From assembly GCA_963775425.1 (NCBI GenBank), contig CAVZJB010000003.1:206983-270982 (forward strand): DNA of 64,000 nt. The letters are read 5' to 3'. Position numbers and translations under genes: made by a program. Below are positions 60,910 through 64,000 of the stretch, piece by piece. Each line of letters begins with the position of its first letter. The stretch's first letter is position 1. The notes under the pieces are model-generated. The model saw only the letters and a list, made by a program, of their open reading frames with translations, made no database searches and had not been told where the DNA came from. The stretch is from an uncultured delta proteobacterium (GTDB lineage Bacteria > Myxococcota > UBA727 > VGSZ01).

Positions 60910-62025
60910 ATGAAGCGCGTGGTCCTCGTCGCCCTCCTCGCCTTCCCCACACTCGGGGTGAGCTGCGACGGCGTCGGCACCTTCGACGGCGGTGTGGGTG
61001 TCGACGCCGGCCCCATCGGCCCCGGCACGGTGCCGCTCAGCTCCATCGGCAAGACGTGCTCGTATGACCCCAACGACCCGAACGCGCCCAACCCGACCAA
61101 CGACTGCGACACCGGCCTCGAGTGCCTGATCTTCACCCGCGACGGCGTCTACACCTCGGGGCTCGCGCTGTCGGCCTGGGAGGATCAGTTCACCATCTAC
61201 CAGTCAAACCCCGACGTCGACGTCGGGTACTGCACGCCGGCGGGCGTCCTCGGTCAAACCTTCGCCTGTCCGGCGGGGAGCGCGCCGAAGCTGTTGTCCC
61301 CCAACATTCTCGTGTGCCTCAAGCTCTGCAACACGCCCGCGGACTGCGGCCGCTCCGATTACACCTGCGACGTCCGCTACTTCGACGTCGTCGACAACCA
61401 GGGCAACGAGCTGCCCACGTGCGTGCGCAAGTGCGACTTCGACGTCCCCACCTGCGTGCGCTCGGGCGTCGTCCAGAGCGCACAGAACGCCGCCGTCCTC
61501 GAGCCCGAGCTCGTGTTCGAGGACCTCGCGGGCGGCGCCGAGTGCGGCGGCGACGGCATCTGCCAGGCCGTCACCCAACACGGCGTCGCCAAGCCCGGCG
61601 AGCCGTGCACGAGAACGGAGGACTGCTCCGTCGGCTCGGCCTGCATCCAGGCGCCCATCCTCAACGCGGTGCTCGGCGCGGGCAACGAGGCCAGTACCGG
61701 CTTCTGCGCGTCGCCGTGCAAGCCCGACACCACGGGCCAGACCCCGCAGGGCACGTGCACCGATGGCTTCATCTGCCAGAGCGCGGGTGCGTTGAACCTC
61801 GGCTTCGCCGACCCGGCAAACGGGATCCCCGGGCCCATCGTCCGCAGCCTCGCCTCGGGCGGCGTCGACACCGTCGGCGGCTTCTGCTTCCACCAGTGTC
61901 AGCTCGGGGTCCAGGCCGACTGCAGCCCCTTCGCCGGCACCGTCTGCGGCTCCCTCGACGAGGCCCGCGTCGGCGACACCTGGAACCAGGTGCCGCAGTG
62001 CCTCCCGGACGCCCTCGCCAACTGA
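60910..62025 (+). CDS. cysteine-rich lipoprotein
   Basis: MKRVVLVALLAFPTLGVSC has a lipobox. Cys-rich throughout. Paralogous in style to the upstream gene. Confidence 0.6.
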   Translation: MKRVVLVALLAFPTLGVSCDGVGTFDGGVGVDAGPIGPGTVPLSSIGKTCSYDPNDPNAPNPTNDCDTGLECLIFTRDGVYTSGLALSAWEDQFTIYQSNPDVDVGYCTPAGVLGQTFACPAGSAPKLLSPNILVCLKLCNTPADCGRSDYTCDVRYFDVVDNQGNELPTCVRKCDFDVPTCVRSGVVQSAQNAAVLEPELVFEDLAGGAECGGDGICQAVTQHGVAKPGEPCTRTEDCSVGSACIQAPILNAVLGAGNEASTGFCASPCKPDTTGQTPQGTCTDGFICQSAGALNLGFADPANGIPGPIVRSLASGGVDTVGGFCFHQCQLGVQADCSPFAGTVCGSLDEARVGDTWNQVPQCLPDALAN

Positions 62026-62071
62026 AGCGCGGCGTTGACCAATCGATCACCGACGGGAGAGACTCGCGCGC

Positions 62072-62443
62072 ATGCGTGCTCTCATCGTGGACGATTCGCC
62101 GACGGCCCGGGCGCAGGCCTGCGCGGCGCTCGAGGACGCGCAGGAGAGGCTCGGCCTCGCGTTCGAGGTCGAGGAGGCCGGCAACGGCGTCGAGGCCTTG
62201 CGCGCCTTGGCGTCCGAGGTCGTCGACCTTCTCATCGTCGACCTGCACATGCCCGACATGACGGGCCTCGAGGTGCTCGCGTTCTGGCGCACGCGCGGCA
62301 CCGGCAAGCGCGCCGTCGTCGTCAGCACCGACGTGTCGAGCCGCGACAAGGACAAGGCGCTCGAGAGCGGCGCGTGGCGCTTCCTCGAAAAGCCCGTCAC
62401 CGTCGACGCCCTCGCCGAGGCGCTCGAAGGGCTCCGCGCGTGA
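62072..62443 (+). CDS. CheY-like response regulator (receiver only)
   Basis: MRALIVDDSPTARAQ...LLIVDLHMPDMTGLEV...VVVST...K is a receiver domain with the conserved Asp pocket. Confidence 0.85.
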   Translation: MRALIVDDSPTARAQACAALEDAQERLGLAFEVEEAGNGVEALRALASEVVDLLIVDLHMPDMTGLEVLAFWRTRGTGKRAVVVSTDVSSRDKDKALESGAWRFLEKPVTVDALAEALEGLRA

Positions 62444-64000
62444 CGCTGGATTGGTCGCAGCGGGAGTTCCTGGCCGAGGCCACGGAGATCGTCGATCACC
62501 TCGGCGCGGGCCTCGCCGCCATCGACGCCGAGCGCAAGAAGGGGCCGCCGTCTCCGTCGCGCTTGAACGAGGTGTTCCGGCAGGCCCACTCGCTCAAGGG
62601 CCTGGCCGGCATGTTCGGCGTCGAGGGCATGAGCAAGATCGCGCACCACATGGAGACGCTCCTGGACGGGATGCGCCTCGGCCGGCTCGACCTCGACGAC
62701 CGCTTGATGGAGACCCTCTACGGCTGCACCGACGCCTTCGGCAGGCTCCTCACCGACGTCAAGGCCGGCCGTCCCCTCGACGAGGCCGTGGTCGCCCAGC
62801 TCACCAAGCGGCTCGAGGAGGCGTCGCAAAAGCGCGACGCAGGCGCCGGCGGGACCCTCGGGCACCTGCGGCTGCCGCCGGAGGCGCTGTCGGCCCTCAC
62901 CGAATACGAGGAGCACCGGCTCCACGAGAACCTCCGCTCGGGGACGCCCGTCTACAAGCTGCACGCGCCGCTGCCTTTGTCGTCGTTCGAGAAGGATTTC
63001 ACGGCGGTGACGGCGGCGCTCAACGAGCTCGGCGAGGTGGTGACCACGCTGCCGTCCACCGATGAGAGCGGCAAGCTCATCATCTTCGACATCGTCTTCG
63101 CCTCGAGCCTCGACCCGAGCGGCGTGCGCACGCGCCTGGCGCCCATCGGGGACTACGCCGTCGAGCGCATCGACGACGGCGCGCCTCCCGTCACCGCCGC
63201 GGGCCGAGGCGGCGGCGAGACCCAGTTGCCGAACGCCGTCGTCGTCGGTGACGACGAGCAGGCCACGCTGCGCCAGGTGGCAGAGACGGTGCGGGTGGAC
63301 ATCAGGAAGCTCGACGAGCTCATGGGCATCGTCGGCGAGCTCGTGCTCGCGCGCGGCGGCCTGTCGCGCGTCACTGCCGAGCTCAAGGCCGAGACCGGCT
63401 ACCGCGGCCTCGCCGTCGACCTCCACCGGCTGGTGCGCACCCTCGAGCGCCGCATCGTGGACCTGCAGACGGCCATCATGCAGGTGCGCATGGTCCCCCT
63501 CGGCCAGGTGTTCGAGCGGCTGTCGCGCACGGTGCGGCGCATCTCCAGCCAGCTCGGCAAGGAGATCGAGCTCGAGCTGCACGGCGAGGAGACCGAGCTC
63601 GATAAGCTCATCGTCGAGGACCTCGTCGACCCGCTGATGCACCTGGTGCGAAACGCCGTCGACCACGGCATCGAGTCCATGGAGGCGCGGCGGGCGGCGG
63701 GGAAACCGGCGGCGGGCAAGCTCGAGCTGCGGGCCTACCCGCGAGGCAACCACGTCATCATCGACATCATCGACGACGGCCGCGGCATCGACGAGGTCGC
63801 CGTCAAGCGCACCGCGCTCGAGCGCGGCATCGTCGACGACGAGCACATCGGGCAGCTCTCGCGGCGCGACGTGTGGAACCTCATTTTCTCGCCGGGCTTC
63901 TCCACGAGGAAGGACGTCACCGAGACCAGCGGCCGCGGCGTCGGCCTCGACGTGGTCAAGACCAACGTCGCCCGCCTGAGCGGCCTCATCGACGTCGAGA
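62440..64000 (+). CDS. cheA: CheA-like chemotaxis histidine kinase (HPt, dimerisation and HATPase domains), 3' truncated by the window end
   Basis: GTG overlapping the response-regulator stop. HPt HSLKGLAGMFG. LRQVAETVRVDIRKLDELMGIVGELV (dimerisation). HATPase LVRNAVDHGIE...IIDDGRGID...GRGVGLDVV. Confidence 0.85.
   Translation, partial: MTLDWSQREFLAEATEIVDHLGAGLAAIDAERKKGPPSPSRLNEVFRQAHSLKGLAGMFGVEGMSKIAHHMETLLDGMRLGRLDLDDRLMETLYGCTDAFGRLLTDVKAGRPLDEAVVAQLTKRLEEASQKRDAGAGGTLGHLRLPPEALSALTEYEEHRLHENLRSGTPVYKLHAPLPLSSFEKDFTAVTAALNELGEVVTTLPSTDESGKLIIFDIVFASSLDPSGVRTRLAPIGDYAVERIDDGAPPVTAAGRGGGETQLPNAVVVGDDEQATLRQVAETVRVDIRKLDELMGIVGELVLARGGLSRVTAELKAETGYRGLAVDLHRLVRTLERRIVDLQTAIMQVRMVPLGQVFERLSRTVRRISSQLGKEIELELHGEETELDKLIVEDLVDPLMHLVRNAVDHGIESMEARRAAGKPAAGKLELRAYPRGNHVIIDIIDDGRGIDEVAVKRTALERGIVDDEHIGQLSRRDVWNLIFSPGFSTRKDVTETSGRGVGLDVVKTNVARLSGLIDVE

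Overview
This is a very high-GC (about 70%+) chromosome segment with myxobacterial or deltaproteobacterial character, carrying many lipoproteins, cysteine-rich repeat proteins and sensor kinases. Coding strand was assigned from recognisable domains plus GC3 bias, because long antisense ORFs are common at this GC content. In order, the window holds: the 3' end of the dcw cluster (murC end, murB, ftsQ, ftsA, ftsZ, with a clear intrinsic terminator); a giant beta-helix lipoprotein; a tightly coupled pgpA-cinA-DUF2505-lipoprotein-lipoprotein chain joined by 4-nt overlaps; an M23 peptidase diverging from a giant vWA secreted protein and a hybrid histidine kinase; a minus-strand operon of a beta-propeller lipoprotein, a Myxococcales-type Cys-rich repeat lipoprotein, a GNAT and a DUF1080 lipoprotein; prmC; a (GE)n-linker esterase; a PRTase; a divergent, possibly inactive HisH/HisF-like pair directly followed by a DUF1592-family/DUF1552 pair; a rhomboid plus sensor kinase; an LVIVD lipoprotein; dnaG-rpoD; a 23-bp x ~12 REP-like tandem array; a VOC protein; and tRNA-Met(CAT). 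Directly 3' of the tRNA lies a lower-GC, roughly 10-kb integrated island (about 44588-54650). It is bounded by 104-bp direct repeats that contain the tRNA 3' end, 1.2 copies on the left and 4.5 tandem copies on the right. The island carries a large serine recombinase, a candidate novel defense locus (an HsdR_N-type PD-(D/E)xK nuclease fused to a P-loop NTPase, a large unknown ORF and a convergent HNH endonuclease), a REPtron (a frameshifted RayT Y1 transposase flanked by inverted hairpins), and a DUF433/DUF5615 toxin-antitoxin pair flanked by 178-bp BIME-like repeats. Several island genes look frameshifted. Past the island are a COG1579 zinc-ribbon gene, glyA, nrdR, ribD, two Cys-rich lipoproteins (one with (GE)n tails at both ends) and a cheY-like/cheA pair truncated at the window end.
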